A DNA stretch of 36,954 bases from Moraxellaceae bacterium (lineage in GTDB: Bacteria > Pseudomonadota > Gammaproteobacteria > Pseudomonadales > Moraxellaceae), in the NCBI GenBank assembly GCA_014378805.1, contig JACMMY010000278.1, positions 1-36,954 of the forward strand, given 5' to 3'. Below are positions 21,187-31,344 of this stretch, piece by piece (position 1 is the stretch's first letter; the number at the start of each line of letters is the position of its first letter). The position numbers and the translations under genes were made by a program. The notes under the pieces are model-generated. The model made no database searches, was not told the origin of the DNA, and saw only the letters and a program-made list of their open reading frames with translations.

Positions 21187-22179
21187 ATGAATACCAGTCT
21201 AAAAATGGCATTTGCAGCAGCAACAATTGCGCTCGCAACGTCTGCACAAGCACAAACTATGTGCGTCTTTGATCTTCTTGGCGCGCAGGGCGACAACTAT
21301 TCAATGATGAAGGACTACGCTGTTGTTGCGAAGCAATGGGGTGCGGATATTAAATTAAAAGCATATACCGATGAACGTGTTGCTTCTGAAGATTTCAAAG
21401 CGGGTCAATGTGATGGCGTTGCACTCACAGGTATGCGCGCGCGCGCATTCAATAACTTTACGGGTTCGATTGATGCGATTGGCGGTTTAACCAACAACGC
21501 GGGCGCTAAAACAGTGATTGCGGCGATGGCAAGTCCTACCCTTGCGGCGGATATGATTCAAAATGGTTATGAAGTCGCGGGCGTCACAACGTTAGGTTCA
21601 GCTTATATTATGGTCAACGACCGTAGTATCAATACATTAGCTAAAGCTGCTGGTAAGCGCTTTGGTGTGTTGGATTATGATAAAGCGCAAGCGAAAATTG
21701 TACAGAGAATCGGCGCACAACCTGTATCTGTCGATTTGTTGACGATTGGTGGTAAATTCAATAACGGTCAGATCGATATGATCGGTATGCCTGCGATGGG
21801 CTTCAAACCATTAGAGTTACATAAAGGGATTGGTACTAAAGGTGCTGTGATTCGTTTCCCTGTCGTTCAAGTGACGGGTGATATTGTGATACGTCCTGGT
21901 AAGTTCCCAGCAGGTTTTGGACAAAAGAGCCGTACTTGGATCGCTGGTCAGATTGGTCGTGAAATGGCCGTGGTCGCCAGAACCGAAAAAGAAATTGATG
22001 CAAAATACTGGATGGAAATTCCACCCGCTGACAAAGTGGGTTATGTTAAGCTGATGCGTGAAGCACGGATTGATATGACCAAAGAAGGCATCTATAACAA
22101 AAAAATGATGACGATTCTGAAGAAAGTTCGTTGTGGTCAAGATGCAGCAAGTTTTGAATGTGCTTTGAATGACGAATAA
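21187..22179 (+). CDS. Putative periplasmic solute-binding protein (paralog 5)
   Basis: AAGGA RBS; signal ending AQA; same motifs. Confidence 0.78.
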   Translation: MNTSLKMAFAAATIALATSAQAQTMCVFDLLGAQGDNYSMMKDYAVVAKQWGADIKLKAYTDERVASEDFKAGQCDGVALTGMRARAFNNFTGSIDAIGGLTNNAGAKTVIAAMASPTLAADMIQNGYEVAGVTTLGSAYIMVNDRSINTLAKAAGKRFGVLDYDKAQAKIVQRIGAQPVSVDLLTIGGKFNNGQIDMIGMPAMGFKPLELHKGIGTKGAVIRFPVVQVTGDIVIRPGKFPAGFGQKSRTWIAGQIGREMAVVARTEKEIDAKYWMEIPPADKVGYVKLMREARIDMTKEGIYNKKMMTILKKVRCGQDAASFECALNDE

Positions 22180-22223
22180 GTCAGTAGTTCACGTATGATT
22201 CTGATCAATGCGTGTGTGATTTA

Positions 22224-22262
22224 AAAAAACCCTCAGTAATTTATTGTTACTGAGGGTTTTTT
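22224..22262 (+). terminator. Intrinsic terminator after paralog 5
   Basis: AAAAAACCCTCAGTAA-N7-TTACTGAGGGTTTTTT. Confidence 0.88.
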
Positions 22263-22424
22263 CGATATAGGACTTGCAAAAATAACGTTAAATAATGTCG
22301 AGTATGCCATTGTATTCAAAATGACGTTTGGTCAAAAATAGCGAGCCATGGACAGATAGCGGCTCATTAATTCGCTTGCAAAAGTCTTACAAGCCTTTAG
22401 TTTTATAGTTTACGGAGAAATGAC

Positions 22425-23450
22425 ATGAAAAAAATTGCAATCGCGACTCTTTTTGCGCTGATGAGCTTTCAGGCAACACAAGCGGCTGGTCCTAAATTGA
22501 CTTTGTGCGTGTATGATCCACTGGGCGCACGCGGTGATGCCTTTGGATATACCAAAGATTACGTACTACAATTTCCTCGTTTTGGTTTGACAAATCCTGT
22601 TGAATTAAAAGCTTATACCAATGAAGCAATCATCGCAGAAGATTTTAAAGCAGGTCAGTGCGATGGCGCTGTCATGACTAATTTACGTGCTCGTCAGTTC
22701 AATAGATACACGGGTAGCTTAGATTCAATTGGTGCAGTTCCAACAAGAGCCGCGCTGAATCTTGCGTTGCAAGCCCTGTCAAGTAAGCAGTTAGCGCCAA
22801 AGATGTCTGAGGGTGATTATGAAGTCTTGGGTATGATTCCTCTCGGTACGGCTTATATCATGGTTGGGGATCGCAAAATCAATACCTTGGCAAAAGCTGC
22901 GGGTAAAAAAATTGCAGTGCTCGATTATGATAAATCACAAGCGAAACTCGTCCAGAAAGTAGGTGCTCAGCCTGTGAGTGTCGATTTAACGACAATTTCA
23001 GGTAAATTCAACAACCATCAGGTTGATATTATTGCGGGCCCAGCGGTTATTTTCAAACCGTTTGAACTTGCAAAAGGAATGACGGGTCCAAATGGAGAAG
23101 TCACCGGTGCTGTGATTCGTTTCCCACTCATCCAAATTACTGCCGCCATGATTGTGCGTAAGAGTAAATTTACCAACGAAGAAGCCAATCAGAAAATTCG
23201 TGAATATGTAAATAGTCAAATCGGGACTGCTTATAAATACATTGATAATGCTGAAAAAGAGATTGATGCGAAATATTGGATGGATGTTCCTGCTGCGGAT
23301 AAATTGGGTTACATGAAGTTGATGCGTGAGTCGCGTTTGGATCTCACCAAAGACGGTACCTATAATCCTGATATGATGAAATTGCTGAAAAAAGTCCGCT
23401 GTAAAGTCGATCCAGCCAACTTTGAATGTGCGATGCCTGAAGAGCAATAA
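22425..23450 (+). CDS. Putative periplasmic solute-binding protein (paralog 6, divergent N-terminus)
   Basis: GGAG RBS; signal MKKIAIATLFALMSFQATQA; LCVYDPLG, EDFKAGQCDG, KKVRC...FECAMPEEQ. Confidence 0.78.
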   Translation: MKKIAIATLFALMSFQATQAAGPKLTLCVYDPLGARGDAFGYTKDYVLQFPRFGLTNPVELKAYTNEAIIAEDFKAGQCDGAVMTNLRARQFNRYTGSLDSIGAVPTRAALNLALQALSSKQLAPKMSEGDYEVLGMIPLGTAYIMVGDRKINTLAKAAGKKIAVLDYDKSQAKLVQKVGAQPVSVDLTTISGKFNNHQVDIIAGPAVIFKPFELAKGMTGPNGEVTGAVIRFPLIQITAAMIVRKSKFTNEEANQKIREYVNSQIGTAYKYIDNAEKEIDAKYWMDVPAADKLGYMKLMRESRLDLTKDGTYNPDMMKLLKKVRCKVDPANFECAMPEEQ

Positions 23451-23497
23451 GGGTTTTAATTGTAATATTGCTTTAAAACGCAGGATGACAACCCAAT

Positions 23498-23548
23498 AAA
23501 CCTACTGATGGAATTGTTTTGATGACAATTCGATGGGTAGGTTTTTTT
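23498..23548 (+). terminator. Long imperfect hairpin with a U tract after paralog 6
   Basis: AAACCTAC..GAATTGTT-TTGAT-GACAATTC..GTAGGTTT followed by a T run. Confidence 0.6.
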
Positions 23549-23720
23549 ATTGTTCTGTTTAAATTTGAAATATAGCGTGATGGTTCTTCATTTGACAAAT
23601 GAGGTTACACCACGGTCTTAATCCGATGGGATGAACGTGTTATCATAGAACCTTGCTGAGTGACTGTTTTCAACTTCAAAAATGGTTACTGAGTTTGTCC
23701 GTGCTGAGGAGATTTGAGTA

Positions 23721-24056
23721 ATGAATGCACCTGCCATGGTTTTAACGGATCGCGCGGCTACTAAAGTTCGTCAATTGCGTGATGGCGAAGGAAGTGATGA
23801 CTTGTTGTTACGTGTTTATGTCACGGGTGGCGGCTGTTCAGGATTTTCCTACGGATTTACATTTGCCGAAGCTGCAAATGACGACGACGCCCGCATCGAA
23901 AACGGCGATGTGGCGATGGTCATCGATTCACTGAGCTATCAATACTTAGTCGGTTCAGAGGTGGATTATCTGGAGGGACTTGAGGGTTCTCGTTTCATCG
24001 TGAACAATCCAAATGCGACGACAACTTGTGGTTGTGGATCTTCGTTCTCGTTATAA
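23721..24056 (+). CDS. erpA: Iron-sulfur cluster insertion protein ErpA
   Basis: [32 protein letters not shown]. Confidence 0.93.
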   Translation: MNAPAMVLTDRAATKVRQLRDGEGSDDLLLRVYVTGGGCSGFSYGFTFAEAANDDDARIENGDVAMVIDSLSYQYLVGSEVDYLEGLEGSRFIVNNPNATTTCGCGSSFSL

Positions 24057-24104
24057 AATTCTGTTTTTGTCGAATCCAAATTTAAAAAAACACCGCACCG
24101 CACA

Positions 24105-25247
24105 TTAGCGGTGTGTCAGTGTGCCTAATACGCGCAAACCTTGCGCGCCTGTCACAGCAGGTAAATTTCCTGCTAATCCCTGCATACGTTGACGTGCGAG
24201 CCAAGCGAACGCCGTCGCTTCAACCCAAGTAGGCGCGAGTCCAATTTCAGATGTACTCTTTAATTGCCAAGTCGGAAGTCCATTGGCGATTGCTTGCCAT
24301 AAATTCCCATTATAAGCACCGCCACCACATAGCCATAATTCACCCGATTCCAATTCGGTCTGTAAGATGGCGTCAATCACGGTTTGTGCGGTGAATTGCA
24401 GTAGCGTGGCTTGGATATCTTGTTGTGAAAAATGGTCGATCTCTAGGCCGTGATCGCTGTGTTGCACATCGTCGATTTGCTGCTCCAGCCAATCGAGGTT
24501 AAAGTCTTCGCGACCCGTGCTTTTGGGAAAGGCGCGCGTGAAATATTCGTGTGACATTAATTGATTGAGTAATGCCTGATTCATTTGACCCGTTGCTGCC
24601 CATGCACCGTCTTGGTCAAACGTTTGTCCTGTGTGTTTAAAACACCAAGCATCCATCAGTATGTTTGCAGGGCCTGTATCATAGCCAAACACCTGTTTTG
24701 ATTGCTCTGCGGCTAATACGCTGATATTGGCCATACCGCCAAGATTCAGGATAATCCGATTGATGTTTTGATCTTTGAATAATGCTTGATGAAACGCAGG
24801 AACCAGCGGCGCACCTTGTCCACCAGCCGCCATATCACGACGTCTAAAATCAGCAACCACGGGTAAACCTGTGATTTCTGCAATCAAGTTGGGGTCACCA
24901 ATTTGTAGTGTAAAGCCTGCTTCGGGACGGTGGCGAATAGTCTGACCATGACTGCCAATAGTATGAATATTCGCTTGGTTTAAGTTGTTTCCGCGAATGA
25001 GTTGATTGATCGACTCACCAATCAGCCTCGCGAGTGCCACATCGGCCACACCCATGCGTTCGATTTCATTATCCGCAGGCAAAGTCAGCGCAATCAAATC
25101 ATTGCGCAGTTGTTCTGGAAAAGGGACGGTGAGCGTCGCATGGAGTTTGAGCGGTTCAAACGAGACCGCAACAAGGTCAACGCCATCTAGACTCGTTCCT
25201 GACATGACGCCTATATAAATGTCCTGTTTCATCTGCTTTTCCATCAT
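24105..25247 (-). CDS. anmK: Anhydro-N-acetylmuramic acid kinase
   Basis: GVMSGTSLDGVD, GSHGQT, DFRRRDMAAGGQGAPL, DTGPAN, PKSTGRE, CGGG. Confidence 0.96.
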   Translation of the reverse strand: MMEKQMKQDIYIGVMSGTSLDGVDLVAVSFEPLKLHATLTVPFPEQLRNDLIALTLPADNEIERMGVADVALARLIGESINQLIRGNNLNQANIHTIGSHGQTIRHRPEAGFTLQIGDPNLIAEITGLPVVADFRRRDMAAGGQGAPLVPAFHQALFKDQNINRIILNLGGMANISVLAAEQSKQVFGYDTGPANILMDAWCFKHTGQTFDQDGAWAATGQMNQALLNQLMSHEYFTRAFPKSTGREDFNLDWLEQQIDDVQHSDHGLEIDHFSQQDIQATLLQFTAQTVIDAILQTELESGELWLCGGGAYNGNLWQAIANGLPTWQLKSTSEIGLAPTWVEATAFAWLARQRMQGLAGNLPAVTGAQGLRVLGTLTHR

Positions 25248-25392
25248 TTGTATGGTCTGAATGCGGGTTAAATGTGACGAGGTGAGTCGCTCGGGTGAAT
25301 AGAGTAACTCAAACCCACATTTATCACTAACTCATCAATGTTAAAAAAGGCTAAAATAATGCGCAATATTATTGCATTCACATTAGCACGCT

Positions 25393-26601
25393 ATGACGAA
25401 TTTTCTTCCTGCGGAACAACAACTCGCGCTGATTGAGCGCGGCACCAGCGACATTATACAACGCGACGAATTGCTCAAAAAATTACAAGAAAATCGTCCT
25501 TTGCGTGTCAAAGCGGGCTTTGATCCGACCGCACCTGATTTGCATTTGGGTCATACAGTACTCATCAATAAACTGCACATGTTTCAAGAATTAGGACATG
25601 AAGTTTACTTTTTGATCGGCGACTTCACTGCGATGATTGGTGATCCGACGGGCAAGAGTGCAACTCGTCCGCCGCTCACACGCGAACAAGTGTTGGAAAA
25701 TGCGAAAAGCTATCAAGAGCAAGTCTTCAAGATCCTCGATCCCGCCAAAACTAAAATCGTGTTCAACTCCACATGGTTTGAGAAGAAAAGTGCAGCGGAT
25801 ATGATTGCGCTGGCTTCGCAATATACGGTCACGCGCATGATGGAGCGTGATGATTTTACCAAGCGTTTTAAAGCGCAGCAGTCGATTGCGATTCATGAGT
25901 TTTTGTACCCGCTGGTGCAAGGTTATGATTCTGTAGAACTGCAAGCCGATGTGGAGTTGGGCGGAACGGATCAGACCTTTAACCTGTTGATGGGCCGTAC
26001 ACTTCAGGCGCGTTACGGACAGAGTTCGCAGATTTGCATCACTTTACCGATTCTTGAGGGATTGGACGGTGTGCAGAAAATGTCTAAATCGCTGCAAAAT
26101 TACATTGGTGTGCATGATGCCGCAGGCAGTATGTACCAGAAAATTCTATCAATGCCTGACAGTTTGATTCCGCGTTATTTTGAGCTGTTGAGCTTCCGTC
26201 CGATGGATGAGATCAATGGTTTCCTCACAGAGATGGCCAATGGTCTGAATCCGCAAGAATTGAAGAAGCGTATCGCGCTAGAATTGATTGAACGTTTCCA
26301 TGATGCAGATAGCGCCGCCAATGCTCATAAGAGCGCAGGCAATCGCATTGTCGATGGTGAGATTCCTGAAGATATTCCTGAAGTGACGTTAGCTTTGGAA
26401 GGTCAAGAAGCATTATTTATTACCAGTGTGCTTAGCCGCGCAAATCTGACCAAAAATGCGGCTCAAGCCAAAGATGCCTTGGCGCGTGGTTCGGTCAAAG
26501 TCGATGGCGTTGTGGTCGACGCGTCATTTAGCTTGGCTGGCGGTGCGAACGTTGTGATTCAAGCAGGTAAAAAAGCCATTGCGCGTGTGATTGTTGCCTA
26601 A
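25393..26601 (+). CDS. tyrS: Tyrosine--tRNA ligase
   Basis: [13 protein letters not shown] (HIGH), GGTDQ, KMSKS, C-terminal S4-like domain. Confidence 0.97.
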   Translation: MTNFLPAEQQLALIERGTSDIIQRDELLKKLQENRPLRVKAGFDPTAPDLHLGHTVLINKLHMFQELGHEVYFLIGDFTAMIGDPTGKSATRPPLTREQVLENAKSYQEQVFKILDPAKTKIVFNSTWFEKKSAADMIALASQYTVTRMMERDDFTKRFKAQQSIAIHEFLYPLVQGYDSVELQADVELGGTDQTFNLLMGRTLQARYGQSSQICITLPILEGLDGVQKMSKSLQNYIGVHDAAGSMYQKILSMPDSLIPRYFELLSFRPMDEINGFLTEMANGLNPQELKKRIALELIERFHDADSAANAHKSAGNRIVDGEIPEDIPEVTLALEGQEALFITSVLSRANLTKNAAQAKDALARGSVKVDGVVVDASFSLAGGANVVIQAGKKAIARVIVA

Positions 26602-26620
26602 GAGTTTTGAATTGATTGTC

Positions 26621-26650
26621 GAAAAGGCGGATCATTTTATCCGCCTTTTC
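26621..26650. terminator. Bidirectional terminator between tyrS and sodC
   Basis: GAAAAGGCGGAT-CATTTT-ATCCGCCTTTTC. Confidence 0.88.
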
Positions 26651-26671
26651 TTTGCCTAGAAAACGCCGCCG

Positions 26672-27199
26672 TTACTTAATCACACCGCACACCATACGTG
26701 CACCACCGCCTCCCAATTTTTCGGGTTGATCCGCGTAGTTATCACCGCCCGCATGAATCATGAGTGCATGACCTGTAATTTCAGAAATTTTCTTAATTCT
26801 TGGGGCGAGGACTGGTAAATTTGCAGTGCCATCGGTATTAACGGTCAGTGCGGGTAAGTCACCTAAATGACCAGAATCATCATACGCGCCGCTATGCTTG
26901 CCAGTCTTATTGGGCTCAAAATGCCCACCTGCCGCCATGCCTTTATCTGCGCACGATGGATTCTGATGCACGTGCATACCGTGAATGCCTGCTGCGAGAT
27001 CATGCAGGCGTGGCGTAAATAATAGACCATACTTTGTTTCGCTAATAACAACTTCACCAACGGCCGTGCCCATCCCTTTATCTACCGTGGTATAAAGCGG
27101 AATGGTGGTATCGGCAAATGCGAAAGTGCCAAGACTAAAGCAAGCTGCTGCTAATGTAAAAGAGATCAATTTCACGACATTCTTCCTTGTTTGAATCAT
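26672..27199 (-). CDS. sodC: Periplasmic Cu/Zn superoxide dismutase
   Basis: Signal peptide; [36 protein letters not shown]. Confidence 0.94.
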   Translation of the reverse strand: MIQTRKNVVKLISFTLAAACFSLGTFAFADTTIPLYTTVDKGMGTAVGEVVISETKYGLLFTPRLHDLAAGIHGMHVHQNPSCADKGMAAGGHFEPNKTGKHSGAYDDSGHLGDLPALTVNTDGTANLPVLAPRIKKISEITGHALMIHAGGDNYADQPEKLGGGGARMVCGVIK

Positions 27200-27339
27200 A
27201 TTGATGTGCCTGTTATTTATACATCAATGCGCTGCCGCAATCGTATCGATCTCGTCTTTAATTCGTCATTTTAGCCAAGCGACTACCTTGGCTTAATTGC
27301 TATAATTACCCAACTACTCTTTTTTCTGCTGAAAAAAAC

Positions 27340-28581
27340 ATGCCTTCTGCTGATCGTAATTTAAACCTATCTGAAAATCCGACCACGCAGTTTCTGGAAA
27401 TGTTTGCGGCAAGTCTTGTCAGTAATGAAGTGTCTGAGTCTGGCTTTATCAAACTCAGTTTAGGTAAATATCGCGGTGCGGAAGAGGCGCAAAACAAAAT
27501 TTCTGTTCGCGTACTTGAGGTCAAAGGCCGGCCTCATTTGTCGTTTGTCTATCATTACCAAACAAAAGATGTGACCAAGAATTTTTCATTTTCCGAAGGC
27601 CAGACCAAGATTCAAACCTACTTGGATCAGAGCCAAGATGAGTGCTTTAAGAGCGCGCATTTACGCTTGCAGACTGAAGAAATTCAGCTAACGTTTAATA
27701 AGAAAAATCAGCCGACAATCTATGTGCAAAAGACTGCTGGAACAACGGTTGTCGCCAAAGCGCATGACCGAGAAAAATTTCGGTATATTGATATTAATCG
27801 CCCCTTTCTTAAAGGTTTGGGTGTGACCGATGCCAATGATCAACTGATTCCAGTAATGTCGCGTAAGTGGAAGCAAATCAACAAGTTTATTGAAGTATTC
27901 CAACATGCTTTTGAATCTTTAAAATTACCAAAATCGCATCCTGTGCATGTCGTTGATTTCGGTGCAGGAAAAGGCTATTTAACTTTTGCGATTCATGATT
28001 TTTTGCGTGAAACATTAGGCTATACCGCTGATGTCACAGGTGTTGAATTGCGCTCCGAGTTGGTCAAGTTGTGCAGCAATGTCATCGATAACTTATCGCT
28101 TGAGGGCTTAGCTTTTTATCAAGGCGATGTCCGAAGTTATCATCCGACCGCGGTTGATGTCATGATTGCATTACATGCCTGTGACGTGGCGACGGATTAT
28201 GCGCTGCATACAGGGATTCGCTTGGGTGCGTCGATTATCATGTGCGCGCCATGTTGCCATAAACAAGTGCGCCCACAGATTCAAAGTCCACAAGTACTGC
28301 GTCCGATGCTCCAGCATGGCGTACATTTGGGGCAAGAAGCGGAAATGTTGACCGATGGTTTACGTGCATTGCTGCTGGAAGCCTGTGGTTATGAAACCAA
28401 GGTTTTTGAATTCGTCGCGCTGGAACATACGAGTAAGAACAAAATGATTCTAGCCGTCAAACGCGATCATTTTTCGAAGAAAGAGGAAATTCTCAAGCAG
28501 ATTGAGTCAATTAAAGCGTTTTACGGCATCAAGGAGCAGTGCTTAGAGACGCTGTTGACGAATGATGGTTTATTGTCATGA
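27340..28581 (+). CDS. SAM-dependent methyltransferase of unknown substrate
   Basis: VVDFGAGKGYLTF motif I, ALHACDVATD, PCCH. Confidence 0.85.
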   Translation: MPSADRNLNLSENPTTQFLEMFAASLVSNEVSESGFIKLSLGKYRGAEEAQNKISVRVLEVKGRPHLSFVYHYQTKDVTKNFSFSEGQTKIQTYLDQSQDECFKSAHLRLQTEEIQLTFNKKNQPTIYVQKTAGTTVVAKAHDREKFRYIDINRPFLKGLGVTDANDQLIPVMSRKWKQINKFIEVFQHAFESLKLPKSHPVHVVDFGAGKGYLTFAIHDFLRETLGYTADVTGVELRSELVKLCSNVIDNLSLEGLAFYQGDVRSYHPTAVDVMIALHACDVATDYALHTGIRLGASIIMCAPCCHKQVRPQIQSPQVLRPMLQHGVHLGQEAEMLTDGLRALLLEACGYETKVFEFVALEHTSKNKMILAVKRDHFSKKEEILKQIESIKAFYGIKEQCLETLLTNDGLLS

Positions 28582-28590
28582 TGTCGCATT

Positions 28591-30393
28591 ATGAATGAAC
28601 TTTACGCTGATCATATCCGCGCAATCCTTGCGACGCTACCCAATTTGCCCGGTGTCTACAAAATGCTGGGTGTGGATGGCGAGTTGCTCTATGTCGGTAA
28701 AGCCAAAAATCTAAAAAATCGCGTCACGACGTATTTCGCTAAAACGGTCGAGCATCCGAAGACTCGTGCGCTGGTTACGCGGATTCGTAATATCGAAACG
28801 CTGATTACGCGTAGCGAAACCGAAGCGTTACTGCTCGAACAAAATCTGATAAAAGAGAATAAACCGCCATACAACATCATGTTGCGCGATGATAAATCCT
28901 ATCTTTATATTTTTATATCTGCCGATAAGCCGTATCCAAGACTTGCAGCAGGCCGAGGCAAACGCAACCATCAAGATGGTAAGTTTTTTGGGCCATATCC
29001 GAGTGCAGTTGCGGCACGCGAAGTGTTAGTCGTTCTGGAAAAGATGTTCATGGTGCGCTCATGTGAAAATACGTTTTTTGCCCAGCGTAAACGCCCCTGC
29101 CTCGAATACCAAATCAAGCGTTGTCGTGCACCGTGCGTTGGTTTGGTGACAGCCGAAGATTATGCGGTTGATGTTGCAAATACCATCGATTTCATGCAAG
29201 GCAATACCAAGGAGCTCACCCAGAAATTGGTTGGGCAAATGGAATATGCCGCTGAAGAACTTAATTTTGAACAAGCCGCGTTGTATCGCGATCAGCTTGG
29301 CATGTTGCGTGAAGTTCAGGCGCAGCAAGCGGTTTATACCGTGAAAGGTGAAGCTGATATTCTCGCCATTGTGCAGCAAGCAGGCATCGTTTGTGTACAA
29401 GTGATGAATGTCCGTGGCGGTCGTGTTTTGGGCGGTAAGAGTTTTTTTCCTGATTTGGAAGTGAATGAGGATATAGGCGAACTGTTGTCAGAGTTTTTAG
29501 CTTCTTTTTATTTCCAATTCGCCGATGAATTACCCAACGAATTGATCGTCAATGTCGAATTACCAGATAAACAAGCGTTAGAAGAAGCATTACAAGTCGA
29601 ATATAAGCAAAAAGTCACCATCAAAACCCGTGTTCGTGAGAACCGCGCCGAATGGCTTGAAATCGCAACCATGAACGCGGAAGGTGCGCTGAAAGCCAAA
29701 CTGGCTAATTATATCGAACTCAAAGAACGTTTCCGCATCTTGCAGAATGTCTTAGGGCAACCAATTGATCGGATTGAATGTTTTGATATTAGTCACACCA
29801 TGGGTGAATCACCCATTGCGTCCTGTGTGGTCTTCGATCAAGGTGGCGCGCGTAAACGCGACTATCGCCAATATGCAATTACCGATATAACTGGCGGCGA
29901 TGATTATGCCGCAATGGCGCAAGTACTCGAACGTCGTTATAAAAAACAACCAGTACCTGATCTAATGTTGATCGATGGCGGCAAAGGTCAACTCAATGTC
30001 GCTAAAGCAGTCATGGCAAAATTAGCATTGAATCCATTGATGGTCGGTGTCTCCAAGGGCGAGGGACGTAAACCCGGACTGGAGACGTTACATTTGGTGG
30101 ATGGTACCAGTTTTCAGTTAGAGTCTGATGACAAAGCGCTTCATCTGATTCAACAAATTCGTGATGAAGCACATCGTTTTGCGATTACTAAGCATCGTGC
30201 TAAGCGGGATAAAAAGCGCGGTGGCTCGGTTTTAGAGGTTATTCCAGGGCTTGGACCGAAACGGCGACGCGATTTGCTGACGCATTTTGGTGGCATTCAG
30301 GGTGTGCTGAAAGCCTCCGAAAGTGATATTGCCAGTGTCTCTGGTTTGGGTATTGCTCTAGCGCGAGTCATTTATAAAGTACTGCACGAATAG
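28591..30393 (+). CDS. uvrC: Excinuclease ABC subunit C
   Basis: PGVY...[16 protein letters not shown] domain, [23 protein letters not shown], HhH tail. Confidence 0.97.
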   Translation: MNELYADHIRAILATLPNLPGVYKMLGVDGELLYVGKAKNLKNRVTTYFAKTVEHPKTRALVTRIRNIETLITRSETEALLLEQNLIKENKPPYNIMLRDDKSYLYIFISADKPYPRLAAGRGKRNHQDGKFFGPYPSAVAAREVLVVLEKMFMVRSCENTFFAQRKRPCLEYQIKRCRAPCVGLVTAEDYAVDVANTIDFMQGNTKELTQKLVGQMEYAAEELNFEQAALYRDQLGMLREVQAQQAVYTVKGEADILAIVQQAGIVCVQVMNVRGGRVLGGKSFFPDLEVNEDIGELLSEFLASFYFQFADELPNELIVNVELPDKQALEEALQVEYKQKVTIKTRVRENRAEWLEIATMNAEGALKAKLANYIELKERFRILQNVLGQPIDRIECFDISHTMGESPIASCVVFDQGGARKRDYRQYAITDITGGDDYAAMAQVLERRYKKQPVPDLMLIDGGKGQLNVAKAVMAKLALNPLMVGVSKGEGRKPGLETLHLVDGTSFQLESDDKALHLIQQIRDEAHRFAITKHRAKRDKKRGGSVLEVIPGLGPKRRRDLLTHFGGIQGVLKASESDIASVSGLGIALARVIYKVLHE

Positions 30394-30514
30394 TATTTTT
30401 TACGATTCAAAAATAAAAAAATTGATGACTCGCGCGTCTACAAAGCAGCATAAAAAATTGCTTCCTTTGCGGTACGCTCAACGCTGTTCAATTTATAAAG
30501 CGGCGAGCAACATC

Positions 30515-31313
30515 ATGTCCATCCACCAGCTACTTTGCCAAGCCTATACGGAAGAAACCGTCACCATTCCAACGGGTTGGGGGCAGGGTCGTGCGACCTA
30601 TGGTGGACTCGTGGCAGGTCTACTATGTAGTCGCTTAACGGCGGAATTGGGTGACGGAGGGCGAGAGCGGATGTTGCGTTCAGCGACCGTATCATTCATT
30701 GGCGCAGTTGCGCTCGGTGAAGTCGTGCTGAAGACCGAAGTGTTTCGTAGTGGCAAATTTGTAACCCAAGTTGAAGCACGTTTAATTCAGAAAGGAGAAG
30801 TGTTGGCGGTTTTGCTGGCTAGCTTTGGTCGTGGACGTGAATCAGACATTCACGTCCAATCTCAGCATGCTTCGCCCGACTACAAGCAAGCTGATAACAT
30901 CCCTGCACTTCCATACATACAAGGGATGATGCCGGAATTCTTCCAACAAACGGACTTACGTTGGGCAAAAGGTCGAACACCTTTTACAGGTTCAGAAAAA
31001 CCTGATTTTGGGGGATGGATGCGTTGGCAAGATTCGTTTGCTGAGATGACAAGTGCACATTTGTTCGCCCTTATTGATGCTTGGCCACCATCCGTTTTGC
31101 CAATGTTTAAAGAGATCGCACCCGCAAGCTCACTGTGCTGGACTGTTGAATTCTTAGCCGAACCGATTGGAAAAAATAGCGACAGTTGGTGGCAATATCA
31201 AGTCATGACCGACAGTACAAAATCGGGTTACTCTCATTCAGAGGGCACACATTTGGGATGATGATGGTCAACTGGTTGCGATCAGTCGCCAGACAGTGAC
31301 CGTATTTGCATAA
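30515..31313 (+). pseudogene. Acyl-CoA thioesterase (double hot-dog fold), frameshifted near the 3' end or affected by a sequencing error
   Basis: WGQGRATYGG, DAWPP, ASSLCW. An extra G in GAGGGCA (31241-31247) moves the C-terminus AHIWDDDGQLVAISRQTVTVFA* (stop 31311-31313) out of frame. Confidence 0.8.
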
Positions 31314-31344
31314 ACCAGAATACGTAAATCATTATTTAATCAGT

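Noticed and set aside
16150-23450. RND efflux pumps, or an assembly-duplication artefact
   Set aside because: The proteins are far too short for RND and lack TM helices; the copies are clearly diverged from each other, so they are not collapsed or duplicated reads.
23560-23720. IscR site upstream of erpA
   Set aside because: Expected by analogy, but I could not find a convincing match.
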